DNA of 64,000 bases from contig CAWJQU010000003.1 of the NCBI GenBank assembly GCA_963845145.1, forward strand, positions 160,001-224,000, given 5' to 3'. A program made the position numbers and the translations under genes. How positions within the stretch are numbered: the first letter of the stretch is position 1; each line of letters starts with the position of its first letter. This document shows, in pieces, positions 35,790 through 45,352 of this stretch. The notes below the pieces were generated by a model. The model was not told the origin of the DNA, did no database searches, and saw nothing but the letters and a program-made list of their open reading frames with translations. Source of the stretch: an uncultured delta proteobacterium. Lineage in GTDB: Bacteria; Desulfobacterota; Desulfobacteria; Desulfobacterales; QNYZ01.

Positions 35790-36569
35790 CTAAGCTGAGC
35801 GCTTAGGTGTAAGTAACAAGCTTTCGACCAGCGAATTGATAACGGACTTTGCTTTGCCGGCAGTTTCAAAAGGTGATACCCCGGATAAGTCCGCCTCGAT
35901 CAACGCGTCATCATAGGGCAGAAAACCCATAAACTCAAAATCATTTAAATGTTCGCGCAGAAAAGCTTCGTCTTTGGGGTTGCGTATTTTGTTGCCGATA
36001 ATCGCAATCTGGGTCAAACCGATCTCGCCGGCCAACCCGCGTATATGATTGGCCGTATCGATACTTCGACGACCGGGTTCCACGACCACTATAAGTTTAT
36101 CTACGGCCTGGGCCGTTCCCCGGCCCAGGTGTTCGATACCGGCCTCCATATCCATAACCACCACTTCATCACGCGCCAAAACAACATGCATCACCAAAGC
36201 GCGTAGCAATGTACTCTCAGGGCAAATACATCCGGCCCCCCCTTTTTTAACGCCCCCCAGCCGCATCAGTTTGATTTTGTTTAATCGAGCGGAGAGCGCG
36301 TCGGGCAGATCATCGACTTGAGGATTCAACTTAAAGAACCCGCCGATCCCCCCCGGTTGGGCGCCGGTCCGCTCCAGGATCAGATCGGTCATATCGGCAA
36401 TAGGGGTGATCTTATCGGCATCGGGAATACCCACGGCTGCAGCCAGATTGGCATCCGGATCAGCGTCAATAGCCAACACGCGCTTGCCCATCTCGTCCAG
36501 GGTTCGAATCAATAGGGATGCGAAGGTCGTTTTGCCAACCCCGCCTTTACCACTAACAGCAATTTTCAT
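35790..36569 (-). CDS. cooC: CO dehydrogenase/ACS nickel-insertion ATPase (CooC/AcsF family)
   Basis: Deviant Walker A GKGGVGKT, IDADPDANL, Ni-binding GCICP, DMEAGIEHLGRG. Confidence 0.9.
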   Translation of the reverse strand: MKIAVSGKGGVGKTTFASLLIRTLDEMGKRVLAIDADPDANLAAAVGIPDADKITPIADMTDLILERTGAQPGGIGGFFKLNPQVDDLPDALSARLNKIKLMRLGGVKKGGAGCICPESTLLRALVMHVVLARDEVVVMDMEAGIEHLGRGTAQAVDKLIVVVEPGRRSIDTANHIRGLAGEIGLTQIAIIGNKIRNPKDEAFLREHLNDFEFMGFLPYDDALIEADLSGVSPFETAGKAKSVINSLVESLLLTPKRSA

Positions 36570-36830
36570 GATCTCCTCATATAATTATTTGAGAAAAGGT
36601 GTCGATTCGCTTGTTGTTGCCCTCGCAATATAATACCATTTTATTATGGGGCAAGAAAACAGGCCTATCCGTTTTGCATGCTTGACCTCGGTGTGGTATG
36701 CGGCCTTTTAATTTATTGGGATTGCCGGTGCGGTTGCCGGTGACAAGGCCCTGAGGATATCACACAATTTTTCATTCTGTGTCAGGTTAATTGCTTTGGA
36801 ATTTTCTAATCCGATCATTAAAGGAAACAG

Positions 36831-38843
36831 ATGCTATCTGCGCCAACACCCACTACCGAAAATAACAGTCAGGTAGTGCCGGCGATTCTCGCTCCGGCCG
36901 GAAATCGCGACACCTTCCTGGCAGCGCTGGCGGCTGGCGCTGATGCTATATATTGCGGGTTGAAACAATATTCCGCCCGCATGGCGGCCAAGAACTTCAC
37001 CATTGAAACCCTCAAGCCCCTGGTAGATCTTGCCCATGATCAATCTGTGGAAGTCTATATCGCTTTAAACAGCCTTATAAAACCTCAGGAGCTGGATGCC
37101 GCTCTGTCCATTATCGATCAATTGCAGCAAACAATACAGCCGGAGGCCCTGATTATTCAGGACCTTGCCCTGGTTAAACTCGCCCGACAAGCCGGATTTA
37201 CCGGCCAGTTGCATTTATCCACCCTGGCCAACGCGAGTTTTCCAGCAGGTTTGCAGCCCATTCATGCATCTTTGGGCATTGACCGGGTCGTCATACCCCG
37301 GGAACTATCCATCGATGAGGTTAAACCCATGGCAGAGGCCTGTCCTTCAGGGCTTGACCTGGAAATATTCGTCCACGGCGCTTTATGCTACGCCGTTTCA
37401 GGACGGTGCTACTGGAGCAGCTACCTGGGCGGTAAAAGCGGGCTACGCGGTCGCTGTGTCCAACCTTGTCGGAGGAAGTTTTCCCAAAAGGAAAACCGCA
37501 ACCGGTTTTTTGCCTGTCGTGATTTGAGCCTTGATGTTCTGGTTAAGGTCATCCGATCCATCAAGAAGGTAAAAGCCTGGAAGATCGAAGGGCGTAAAAA
37601 AGGGCCGCATTATGTATACTATACAGTATCGGCCTACCGCATGCTTCGCGACGAAGGGATCGATGCCAAAATACGCCGCGATGCGGTCCAATTATTGGAA
37701 CGGTCTCTGGGGCGTCCCGGTACCCATTACCACTTTCTGCCCCAACACCCGCACAACCCGATCGATTTAAAAAGCCGGACTGGATCGGGACTGATGATCG
37801 GCAGCACACAGGGTCCCGCACGTCGACCCTATGTCAGACTTCGCGAGCCCCTGTTTAAACGGGATGTCATTCGGGTGGGGTACGAAGATGAGCCGTGGCA
37901 TCAGCAGGTTCAGGTGAATCGCTCGGTCCCTTCCAAAGGGCAATTCAACCTGAGAATAAAAGACGGCAAACCACCTCCCAAGGGAACCCCCGTCTTTTTA
38001 ACGGATCGACGGGAACCGGCCTTAATGGAAATGATTAACAGCCTGGAAAAGAAGCTGGCCGACCCGATGGCCGCCACTCACGGTCAACCCATGATCCAGG
38101 CCAAGCTACCGCAACCAGCAACAAAATGGGGTAATAAAAGGGAATCAACCATTTACGCCTCACTACCCAACGAGACGCTATCGCCGGGAACGGGCATCTG
38201 GCTTTTTTCGATAAACGTGTCCAAATTATCCGATCGATCGCTTAAAAACTTATGGTTCTGGCTGCCACCGACGATTTGGCCTCAAACCGAAGATAAAATA
38301 AGGGATCATATTGAAACGGTTCTGTCACACGGTGCCCGTCAATTCGTATTAAATGCACCCTGGCAGACCGCCCTCTTTCCGGAAACCACTCAGAAATCAA
38401 AAAAACTGGCTCTCTGGGCCGGCCCTTTTTGCAACCTGGCCAATCCCCTTGCCTTTGAGACGCTGGTCGATCTGGGATTCAGGGGTGCTATCGTCAGTCC
38501 GGAGTTGGATAAGGCCGCCTGCCTTGATTTACCGAGAAGGAGCCCCCTTCCCCTGGGAATTGTGGTGTCGGGAAACTGGCCCTTGTGCCTTTCCCGAATC
38601 GTCTCCGATGAGCTGGCTGTGGGGCAGAACTTCTTGAGCCCCAAACGGGAATCTGCCTGGGTGACCCCCCATGATGACATGTACTGGATATACCCCAACT
38701 GGCCCATCGATCTGACCGATCAGCGGGCCTTACTTCATCAGGCGGGGTATCGGCTCTTAATCCATATGAACGATCCGCCGCCAAAGGGCATACAATTAAA
38801 AAAACGAGCCGGGTGGTGGAACTGGTCTATTGGGCTAAAATGA
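36831..38843 (+). CDS. U32-family Fe-S protein (RlhA/TrhP-like hydroxylase family; often annotated as a peptidase)
   Basis: ILAPAG, AGADAIYCG, EIFVHGALCYAVSGRC...RGRCVQPCR, KIEGR. Confidence 0.88.
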   Translation: MLSAPTPTTENNSQVVPAILAPAGNRDTFLAALAAGADAIYCGLKQYSARMAAKNFTIETLKPLVDLAHDQSVEVYIALNSLIKPQELDAALSIIDQLQQTIQPEALIIQDLALVKLARQAGFTGQLHLSTLANASFPAGLQPIHASLGIDRVVIPRELSIDEVKPMAEACPSGLDLEIFVHGALCYAVSGRCYWSSYLGGKSGLRGRCVQPCRRKFSQKENRNRFFACRDLSLDVLVKVIRSIKKVKAWKIEGRKKGPHYVYYTVSAYRMLRDEGIDAKIRRDAVQLLERSLGRPGTHYHFLPQHPHNPIDLKSRTGSGLMIGSTQGPARRPYVRLREPLFKRDVIRVGYEDEPWHQQVQVNRSVPSKGQFNLRIKDGKPPPKGTPVFLTDRREPALMEMINSLEKKLADPMAATHGQPMIQAKLPQPATKWGNKRESTIYASLPNETLSPGTGIWLFSINVSKLSDRSLKNLWFWLPPTIWPQTEDKIRDHIETVLSHGARQFVLNAPWQTALFPETTQKSKKLALWAGPFCNLANPLAFETLVDLGFRGAIVSPELDKAACLDLPRRSPLPLGIVVSGNWPLCLSRIVSDELAVGQNFLSPKRESAWVTPHDDMYWIYPNWPIDLTDQRALLHQAGYRLLIHMNDPPPKGIQLKKRAGWWNWSIGLK

Positions 38844-38846
38844 GCG

Positions 38847-39012
38847 CCTAAGGGTTCGCGCAAAAATAAGTTCACAATTTTAGGCGTTGAGGCGCCCGCC
38901 TGGCAAGGCGTGAAAGTGCAGGAATATCGAGATATTCCGAGCTTTCACAACGTCGCCAGACGGGATGCATCGGCGTATAAAATGTGAAATTATTTTTTCG
39001 CGAGCCCTGAGG
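38847..39012. repeat. 166-bp imperfect palindrome (MITE/REP/ERIC-like) between convergent genes
   Basis: Left arm CCTAAGGGTTCGCGCAAAAATAAGTTCACA...GGAATATC; right arm GATATTCC...TGTGAAATTATTTTTTCGCGAGCCCTGAGG. Confidence 0.8.
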
Positions 39013-39112
39013 AAAGAGGAGAGCCTGTGCAACCACTTCAAATGATCATGCACACCTCTTAGTCAAGTCGATTTAAACCTTGGACCGGACATGTGGTGGA
39101 TATCTCATGGGT

Positions 39113-39586
39113 TTAGCCCACGATATAGGTCCCCGTGCCCACGGCGATTAACAAATCCGCATCGTTGTGCAATTCCATCCGTGTAACCGAAACCTTCCGA
39201 CCTGTTCGCATCATTTTGCTACGGGCATAGAAACGTGTCCCCTTCCCGGGCCTGAGATAATCGATCCGCAGATCGATGGTTCCGATCCGGGCCAGCCGAT
39301 TGGCCATCTCCTCTTGGGTGGCACCGATCATCTGATTCAGGACACTTATCGAGGCCAACATGCCCCCGGTTGTATCCAACACCGCGGAGATAACCCCGCC
39401 ATGCAAAATTTGAAGTTGATAGTTTCCCACCAGATCGTCTCGCCGACCAAAGCCGATAACGGCCTCTTCCAAGGTCAAAGATTCGACCTGCAAGCCCAAC
39501 ACACGATTAAAGGGAATCCGGTCTTCATAAACCGTGATGGTCATTTCAATCAAAGAATCTATTTCTTCAATCATATTATTTTTCAC
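39113..39586 (-). CDS. Hotdog-fold acyl-CoA thioesterase (PaaI/YigI-like)
   Basis: IPFNRVLG, LVGN...ILHGGVISAVLD, GTIDLRIDYLRPG. Confidence 0.88.
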   Translation of the reverse strand: MKNNMIEEIDSLIEMTITVYEDRIPFNRVLGLQVESLTLEEAVIGFGRRDDLVGNYQLQILHGGVISAVLDTTGGMLASISVLNQMIGATQEEMANRLARIGTIDLRIDYLRPGKGTRFYARSKMMRTGRKVSVTRMELHNDADLLIAVGTGTYIVG

Positions 39587-40809
39587 TATTTCTTAATCCA
39601 GGGTGGCACCTGAAACTTCCCATGGGGATAGGGGGTGAGCGGCGGATCGGTATAGATCGGCTGCAATTCACCCCCTTGGACCTGGTAATGAACCACCGGT
39701 GCGCCAGCTTGGGCACGCAGGACATTATCTTGGTCCCACATGATCTGACCCAGTTCGCCCTTATAGCCATTTTTCTTGATAAAAGCGTTCACGGCCTTGA
39801 AATCATAGGCATCTCCCACGTTTACCACTGCATTGGCCCATGCCTTTACGGCAGTGTAGGCAATCCAGGCGCCCGCCGGAACCTGATGCTTATAGAGGCT
39901 CACGAATTTATCGACCCAGGCTTGTGCGGCTGCATTGGGCGACTTGGGACCCGGCAGCCCGCTGGGCATCTCACCCACAATACCGTCAGCGGATTTACCC
40001 AGCGTGCCGACCACTTCACGTGGGGTTATACCCCACCCCAGGCTGATAATCGCGTTGGCCGGTTTTTTAAGGAACTGCTGGATAAAAGTAATATTTTCCT
40101 GGCCACTCGGGATTTCGACGTGTATGAGGGCCGGTTTGATTCTACGAATCTGGGACAAAAGAACACCCCACTCATTGGTACCGTAAGGAACGGTCTCACG
40201 TTTGGATACTTTCCAGCCGGTCTCTTTGAAGCTGGCTTCCAGGGTATCACCGACTTCAAGCCCCCAGGCATCGTCGGTATTGATGATCACGACTTTCTTG
40301 TTGGGGTATTCGTAAGGTAGCGCCATCAGTGCCCGAAACATGCTCTTGGCCTGCTCAATGCCGACGTCGGTGGTCTGATAGATATTGTAATATTTAGCAG
40401 GATCTTCTTTAAAGACATTCACCGCTGCCTGTGAGCCGTCGTCGGCAAAAAAGGGCGCGTCATATTTACCGTAGGACCGAACATCCTGGCCCCATCCCGC
40501 CCAGCCGGCATGCACCGAGGCCACCTTCTTTTGACCGCAAAGATAATCGGCCGCCTGCATGACCACTTCAGGCTCAAACCCTTTTGAATCAAAACGGATA
40601 ATTTCAAGTTGTTTACCCAGCAGACCGCCCGACATGTTGATCTCGTCGATGGCCATTTTGATGCCTTTAAAATAGTCGGCACCGGAGCCTGCAGCCCAAC
40701 CGGTCATGGGAATGGGAACCCCGACAGGAATGGTTTCAGCAGCCATAGCCCAAGAACCAAGCATCAGACACATTGCGGCAATAAATGAAATTAAACGGCT
40801 CCTTTTCAT
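39586..40809 (-). CDS. ABC transporter substrate-binding protein, Liv/HAAT family
   Basis: Signal peptide; IPVGVPIPMTG, MAIDEINMSGGLLGKQLE; adjacent to livMHFG-like genes. Confidence 0.9.
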   Translation of the reverse strand: MKRSRLISFIAAMCLMLGSWAMAAETIPVGVPIPMTGWAAGSGADYFKGIKMAIDEINMSGGLLGKQLEIIRFDSKGFEPEVVMQAADYLCGQKKVASVHAGWAGWGQDVRSYGKYDAPFFADDGSQAAVNVFKEDPAKYYNIYQTTDVGIEQAKSMFRALMALPYEYPNKKVVIINTDDAWGLEVGDTLEASFKETGWKVSKRETVPYGTNEWGVLLSQIRRIKPALIHVEIPSGQENITFIQQFLKKPANAIISLGWGITPREVVGTLGKSADGIVGEMPSGLPGPKSPNAAAQAWVDKFVSLYKHQVPAGAWIAYTAVKAWANAVVNVGDAYDFKAVNAFIKKNGYKGELGQIMWDQDNVLRAQAGAPVVHYQVQGGELQPIYTDPPLTPYPHGKFQVPPWIKK

Positions 40810-40881
40810 ATTACACCTCCCTTTTCATAGAAATTAATGGAACTGTTTATCTTTTAGACGGTCCCCATACAGAACTCAACT

Positions 40882-41838
40882 TTAAGCTTTAGCATCTGAT
40901 CGTTTTCGAAACAGGCCAATAACGCCGTCTGGAAGCGCCAGAACCAAGATGACCACCAAAGCACCCATGGTTACCGCCCGATATGCGCCCAAAGGCGCCA
41001 TCAGCTCACTGCCTGCTACCACCAGAAAAGCGCCAATGATGGCGCCGGGAAAGTGCCCAAGGCCGCCCACCAGCATCATGACCATCAATATACTAAACAG
41101 ATCCAGGTCGAGCATGCGAAAAGAGAGCACCCCATAAAAATGGCCGTAGAACGCCCCGATAATGCCTGTCAGACATGAGGTCAGAGCAAAAACGCCCAAC
41201 TTATATTTAAAGGCATTGATTCCAAGGCTCATGGCAAAATCCTTAGAATCTTTAATGGCCAGAAACGCGACTCCCCAGTAGGATTTAATCACAAACATAA
41301 TAATCAGTGCGCAAGTGAGGGATACTAAAAGTGTTAAATAAAAAGTAGGGACAATATTGGCGGAACTGAAGTTATAGCCGAAAAGGCTGATGGGGGGGAT
41401 GGTCAGCAGTCCAACAGATCCACCGGAGCCTATTGCAAGGCCGATCTTACCCCTTAATATCGGTTGCAGGGCCATGTGTACCCCAAATGTCACAAGTGCC
41501 ACATAAGGTCCTTCCAACCTAAGGCAGGGAAGCCCCACCAGAACGCCCATGCCGGCCGTAAAGACACCGGCAATCAGAATGGACAACACCGGTGTCAGAT
41601 GATGCTCAATGGAAAGAATACCGGAACAATAAGCGCCCATGACGAAAAAGGCCACCTGCCCAAAAGAAAAAATCCCGGCAAACCCCATGATCAAATCCCA
41701 GCAGGAGGCCACCACCGCCCAGATGAGACACATGATCAAAATGTTCATGATGAATTTAATGTCTCCCACAAAGACAGGCAAGATCGCCATAATCGCATAG
41801 GAAACACCGATAATCATCGCCATATGTTTTAATCGCAT
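40882..41838 (-). CDS. HAAT ABC permease (LivM-like)
   Basis: GFAGIFSFGQVAFFVMGAY, LRLEGPYVALVT, VGGLG. Confidence 0.93.
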   Translation of the reverse strand: MRLKHMAMIIGVSYAIMAILPVFVGDIKFIMNILIMCLIWAVVASCWDLIMGFAGIFSFGQVAFFVMGAYCSGILSIEHHLTPVLSILIAGVFTAGMGVLVGLPCLRLEGPYVALVTFGVHMALQPILRGKIGLAIGSGGSVGLLTIPPISLFGYNFSSANIVPTFYLTLLVSLTCALIIMFVIKSYWGVAFLAIKDSKDFAMSLGINAFKYKLGVFALTSCLTGIIGAFYGHFYGVLSFRMLDLDLFSILMVMMLVGGLGHFPGAIIGAFLVVAGSELMAPLGAYRAVTMGALVVILVLALPDGVIGLFRKRSDAKA

Positions 41839-41844
41839 ACCTTA

Positions 41845-42750
41845 TTACCCGCCTTTTCCCATCAGCCCTTTCGGTCGCAATGTCAGCGTTGCCAGCAAAA
41901 GAATAAAAAGCGCAATAATGCCGTAGCTCATTCCGAACAGCCAGCCCACAAAGGCCTCCATCATGCCAATAATAAAAGCGGCATAAAGCCCACCGCGGAT
42001 AGAACCCATACCACCGAAGGCGGTGACCACCCAGGCTTTGATCATGATGATGCCGCCCGAGTTGGGGTTGATAAACCATTTTTGGCTCAACAGTATTCCC
42101 CCAAACCCCACCATAACCGTTGAGATAGCAAAGGTGGCGGCGAAAATGCGCTCCTTGGGAATACCCACAATTTTAGCCCCGATGGGATTCTGAGCAACGG
42201 CCTTTACCGCCATGCCGGTGCGGGTGTTGTTTAACATCCAGCCAAACAGAAGGATGCCACCCAGTGACATGACAAAAATCATGATATCCTGGTAGGCGAA
42301 GACCAATTGGCCGACTTCAAGGGTTCCCTCCAGGATGGGGGGTAACGATTTCATTTTAACGCCGAAGACTACCATATAAAGGCTGGACAGAAAAAGGGCC
42401 AGGCCCAGGGTCAGCATCATGACCTTGTTTTCCCAATCATCGCGCTTTCTTAAGGGTGCCACCAGAAATTTTTCCAACCCATATCCAACGATAAACATAA
42501 GCGGCATCACAATAATCAGAATCATGAGGTAACCGCCGAACTGAAGGCCCAGCCCAAAGATCAGGATCCATGCAAAATAACCGCCCATGTTAAAAAAATC
42601 TCCATAGGCGAAATTAAAAGCCTTGGTCACACCATAGACCAGGGTCATCCCCACCGCCATGAGGGCATATACGGAACCGGTGGATAACCCCGCGATAATC
42701 ACGTCAATGATTTCATACAACAATAAAGTTGTATCTTCACTTAAGATCAT
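41845..42750 (-). CDS. HAAT ABC permease (LivH-like)
   Basis: GSVYALMAVGMTLVYG...NFAYG, TRTGMAVKAVAQN, GGMGSIRG. Start uncertain (42750 or 42780). Confidence 0.93.
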   Translation of the reverse strand: MILSEDTTLLLYEIIDVIIAGLSTGSVYALMAVGMTLVYGVTKAFNFAYGDFFNMGGYFAWILIFGLGLQFGGYLMILIIVMPLMFIVGYGLEKFLVAPLRKRDDWENKVMMLTLGLALFLSSLYMVVFGVKMKSLPPILEGTLEVGQLVFAYQDIMIFVMSLGGILLFGWMLNNTRTGMAVKAVAQNPIGAKIVGIPKERIFAATFAISTVMVGFGGILLSQKWFINPNSGGIIMIKAWVVTAFGGMGSIRGGLYAAFIIGMMEAFVGWLFGMSYGIIALFILLLATLTLRPKGLMGKGG

Positions 42751-42802
42751 GGTGTCTTGCGCCGTTTGAGCAAAAGGCAATCGTATACAATGGACCTGGG
42801 GC

Positions 42803-43507
42803 TCACATGCCCAAAAATATCTCCTTTAGATGCTCGTTGTTGAGCGCTTCCTCCTTCTTTCCTTCAAAAGAGATTTGTCCCTCTTCCATGACATAAATTT
42901 TATCTGCCAGTTCCGCGATTTGAGGAATATTTTGTTCCACCAACAAAACGGTCTTCCCCTGTTCATTTATATGTTTGATGGTAGAAAAGATCTCTTGCCG
43001 TAAGCTGGGTTGAAGACCTAAAGAGGGCTCATCAATGCACAAAAAATCTGCATTGGACATCAACCCCCTCGCCACGGCCAGCATGCGGGCTTCCCCCCCG
43101 CTCATGGTTGATGCCACCTGTTTTTGTCGGTCCTTAAGCCGGGGAAAAAGAGCGAAGACCCGCTCTAAGTTCTCCCTTTCGTGGGGCCGTGCGTTTTTCG
43201 AGTAGGCACCTAGCTTGAGGTTTTCCAACACGGTCATGTCAGGAAATAATTCACGGTTTTCGGCAATATAGGTGATCCCCATATTAACGATCTTTTCCGT
43301 TGGCAATCCGTTTATCGCATGTCCCTGGTAATCAATCTTTCCCTCAACCTTTTCCACCAACCCACAAATCGATTTTAAGAGGGTGCTTTTGCCATGACCG
43401 TTTGGGCCGAGCATAACCACCACCTGACCCTGGTCCACTGAAATAGAGACCTCATTAAGCACTTGCGCTTCACTATAATAGGCCTTCAGATCAGTCACGT
43501 TTAGCAT
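42803..43507 (-). CDS. HAAT ABC ATPase (LivF-like)
   Basis: GPNGHGKST, LFPRLKDR, MSGGE, DEPSLGL, LLVEQN. Confidence 0.93.
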   Translation of the reverse strand: MLNVTDLKAYYSEAQVLNEVSISVDQGQVVVMLGPNGHGKSTLLKSICGLVEKVEGKIDYQGHAINGLPTEKIVNMGITYIAENRELFPDMTVLENLKLGAYSKNARPHERENLERVFALFPRLKDRQKQVASTMSGGEARMLAVARGLMSNADFLCIDEPSLGLQPSLRQEIFSTIKHINEQGKTVLLVEQNIPQIAELADKIYVMEEGQISFEGKKEEALNNEHLKEIFLGM

Positions 43508-44210
43508 ACGCATCACCCAGGTAGCTTTTGATGACATCGGGATTGCTGGTAACAATTTGGGGTGTATCACAGCAGACCATTTGACCCGATTCGAGTATGA
43601 GCAACTTTTCTGTAAGTTCGGTGAGTACTTTCATAAAGTGCTCGATGATAATAACTGTAATGCCGAGCTCCACGTTAATTTTGCGGATCAGGACCATCAG
43701 GTCTTTGATCTCTTTGGCATTGGATCCAGCCATGGGCTCATCCAGCATAAGAATTTTAGGCTTTGTCGCCAGGGAGGCCCCGATCATGAGCTTCTTTTTT
43801 CCCATCAGATTGAGTTTCCCGGTCATTTGAGTTCGCTCATTTTCAAGTCCCACAAAATGAATGACCTCCTCCACATGGCCTGGATTCAAGCCTTTTTGTG
43901 TGCCGAAACGACTCCCGGCGCAAATGCTTTTTTGAACGGTAAGGCTGGGAAAGATTTGTGGAATCTGAAAGGTACGGGCAATTCCCGCTTTTGAGATACG
44001 ATAGGGGGGCAGGCCGGTAATACTCTTACCCTCAAATTGGATATCTCCTTGGTAATCATAGTTGCCGGTTATCAGATTAAATACGGTCGACTTCCCGGCA
44101 CCATTGGGCCCTGCAATTCCGTATATCTGCCCCTTCTTCACGTGGAAGCTCAAATCATCCACGGCAACGAGCTCGTCAAATTTTTTGGTCACTTGTGTGG
44201 CTTTCAACAT
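43491..44210 (-). CDS. HAAT ABC ATPase (LivG-like)
   Basis: GPNGAGKST, GIARTFQ, LDEPMAG, IIEH, V..SYLG. Confidence 0.93.
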   Translation of the reverse strand: MLKATQVTKKFDELVAVDDLSFHVKKGQIYGIAGPNGAGKSTVFNLITGNYDYQGDIQFEGKSITGLPPYRISKAGIARTFQIPQIFPSLTVQKSICAGSRFGTQKGLNPGHVEEVIHFVGLENERTQMTGKLNLMGKKKLMIGASLATKPKILMLDEPMAGSNAKEIKDLMVLIRKINVELGITVIIIEHFMKVLTELTEKLLILESGQMVCCDTPQIVTSNPDVIKSYLGDAYAKRD

Positions 44211-44266
44211 AATACTTTATGCATGACTTTTAGGCTCAAAGTACATTTTGCCTCCCAAGATCGGGG

Positions 44267-45349
44267 CTATTTTATGGCCATAGCGACAGCATCGGAAATA
44301 GCAGAGCGGTGGGTTTCAAGCCAGCTCATCAAACGCACATTGTGTTTTAGATAAACCAGATATTCTTTGTCGATGGCTTCTTTACTACCACAAAATTTCG
44401 AAACTTCCCAGTAGAGAAGATAAATATTGGCGATGACTAACATCTTCGGCAGCAATCGTTGCTCTTGTTCACTTAAAGGGGTGAGGTCTTTCAGGCCCTT
44501 TAGCCGATTCTGATAACTCTCTAAAAAAAGCGCGGCTTTACCCAAGCGCAGTTCGCCGTCTCGCCGCCCGTTCCACCGACTGCAAAAATAGATAGTGGCC
44601 ATACAGACGTCGAACAAGCGCAGGTCCATTTTCGACCAGTCAAAATCGAAAAGACCTGTAACCGCCTCTCCCTCCCACTTGAGGTTACCGGGATGAAAAT
44701 CATAATGAGCGGGAATAACCGGCAAATTATTGACTTCATTGGGTACAGCGGCATGGCGCGCAATAGCGCCGAGAATGTCATTCAGATTGGCCCGAAAATA
44801 AGATTGAAATTCACCCGCTTTCATTTTTTGCCCGAGGCTCATAAGTTTTTTAACAATGATGGGCAAAAACTCCGCAATCGGCGGCTCTCTTCTTTTAAGC
44901 TGCTCAGGATTAAAATCCCAGACCGCATGATGAAATTCGGCTAGCACGCTTGCAGCGTTTCTGAATTCAGTGTCCGTTAAATGGGTATCCGTCCAGGTAT
45001 ACTTATCCTCTCCCCTAAGGTATTCAAAAACAGAGAACATTTTATTGCTGTTTGCCGGTTTCACCAGTGTTTTTCCGTTTTCGGTCGGCACCAGTCCAGC
45101 ACAAATGGTCAATCCCTTTGCAATGGCATGGCTGATCAATGTATGTTCGAATTGGATTTCCTGGCGAGTCATTCCCTCCTTGTACTGGCAGACAAAATAA
45201 GTGTGGTTAAGCCGGTCTTTTCGCGTATGAATACAAAATCCCCGATTGTTAAACCCACCGAAGATTTCAGTCACCTTACAGACCATGCCGATATCGTAAT
45301 ACTTTTCGATGATCTCAGAAACCTGCTTATCCAAAAAAAACCTCCCCAA
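44267..45349 (-). CDS. APH/choline-kinase-fold phosphotransferase (homoserine kinase type II / hydroxylysine kinase-like)
   Basis: GGFNN loop, LAEFH, catalytic HYDFHPGN, LFDFD, RLFDV. Confidence 0.85.
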   Translation of the reverse strand: MGRFFLDKQVSEIIEKYYDIGMVCKVTEIFGGFNNRGFCIHTRKDRLNHTYFVCQYKEGMTRQEIQFEHTLISHAIAKGLTICAGLVPTENGKTLVKPANSNKMFSVFEYLRGEDKYTWTDTHLTDTEFRNAASVLAEFHHAVWDFNPEQLKRREPPIAEFLPIIVKKLMSLGQKMKAGEFQSYFRANLNDILGAIARHAAVPNEVNNLPVIPAHYDFHPGNLKWEGEAVTGLFDFDWSKMDLRLFDVCMATIYFCSRWNGRRDGELRLGKAALFLESYQNRLKGLKDLTPLSEQEQRLLPKMLVIANIYLLYWEVSKFCGSKEAIDKEYLVYLKHNVRLMSWLETHRSAISDAVAMAIK

Positions 45350-45352
45350 TTC

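Noticed and set aside
36722..36742. TTGCCGGTG direct repeat in the cooC/U32 divergent spacer
   Set aside because: Two 9-bp copies are too little evidence and match no operator I recognise.
36748..39013. GCCCTGAGGA on both sides of the U32 gene as a target-site duplication
   Set aside because: A 10-bp match is compatible with chance; the second copy is part of the palindrome end, and no mobility gene lies between them.
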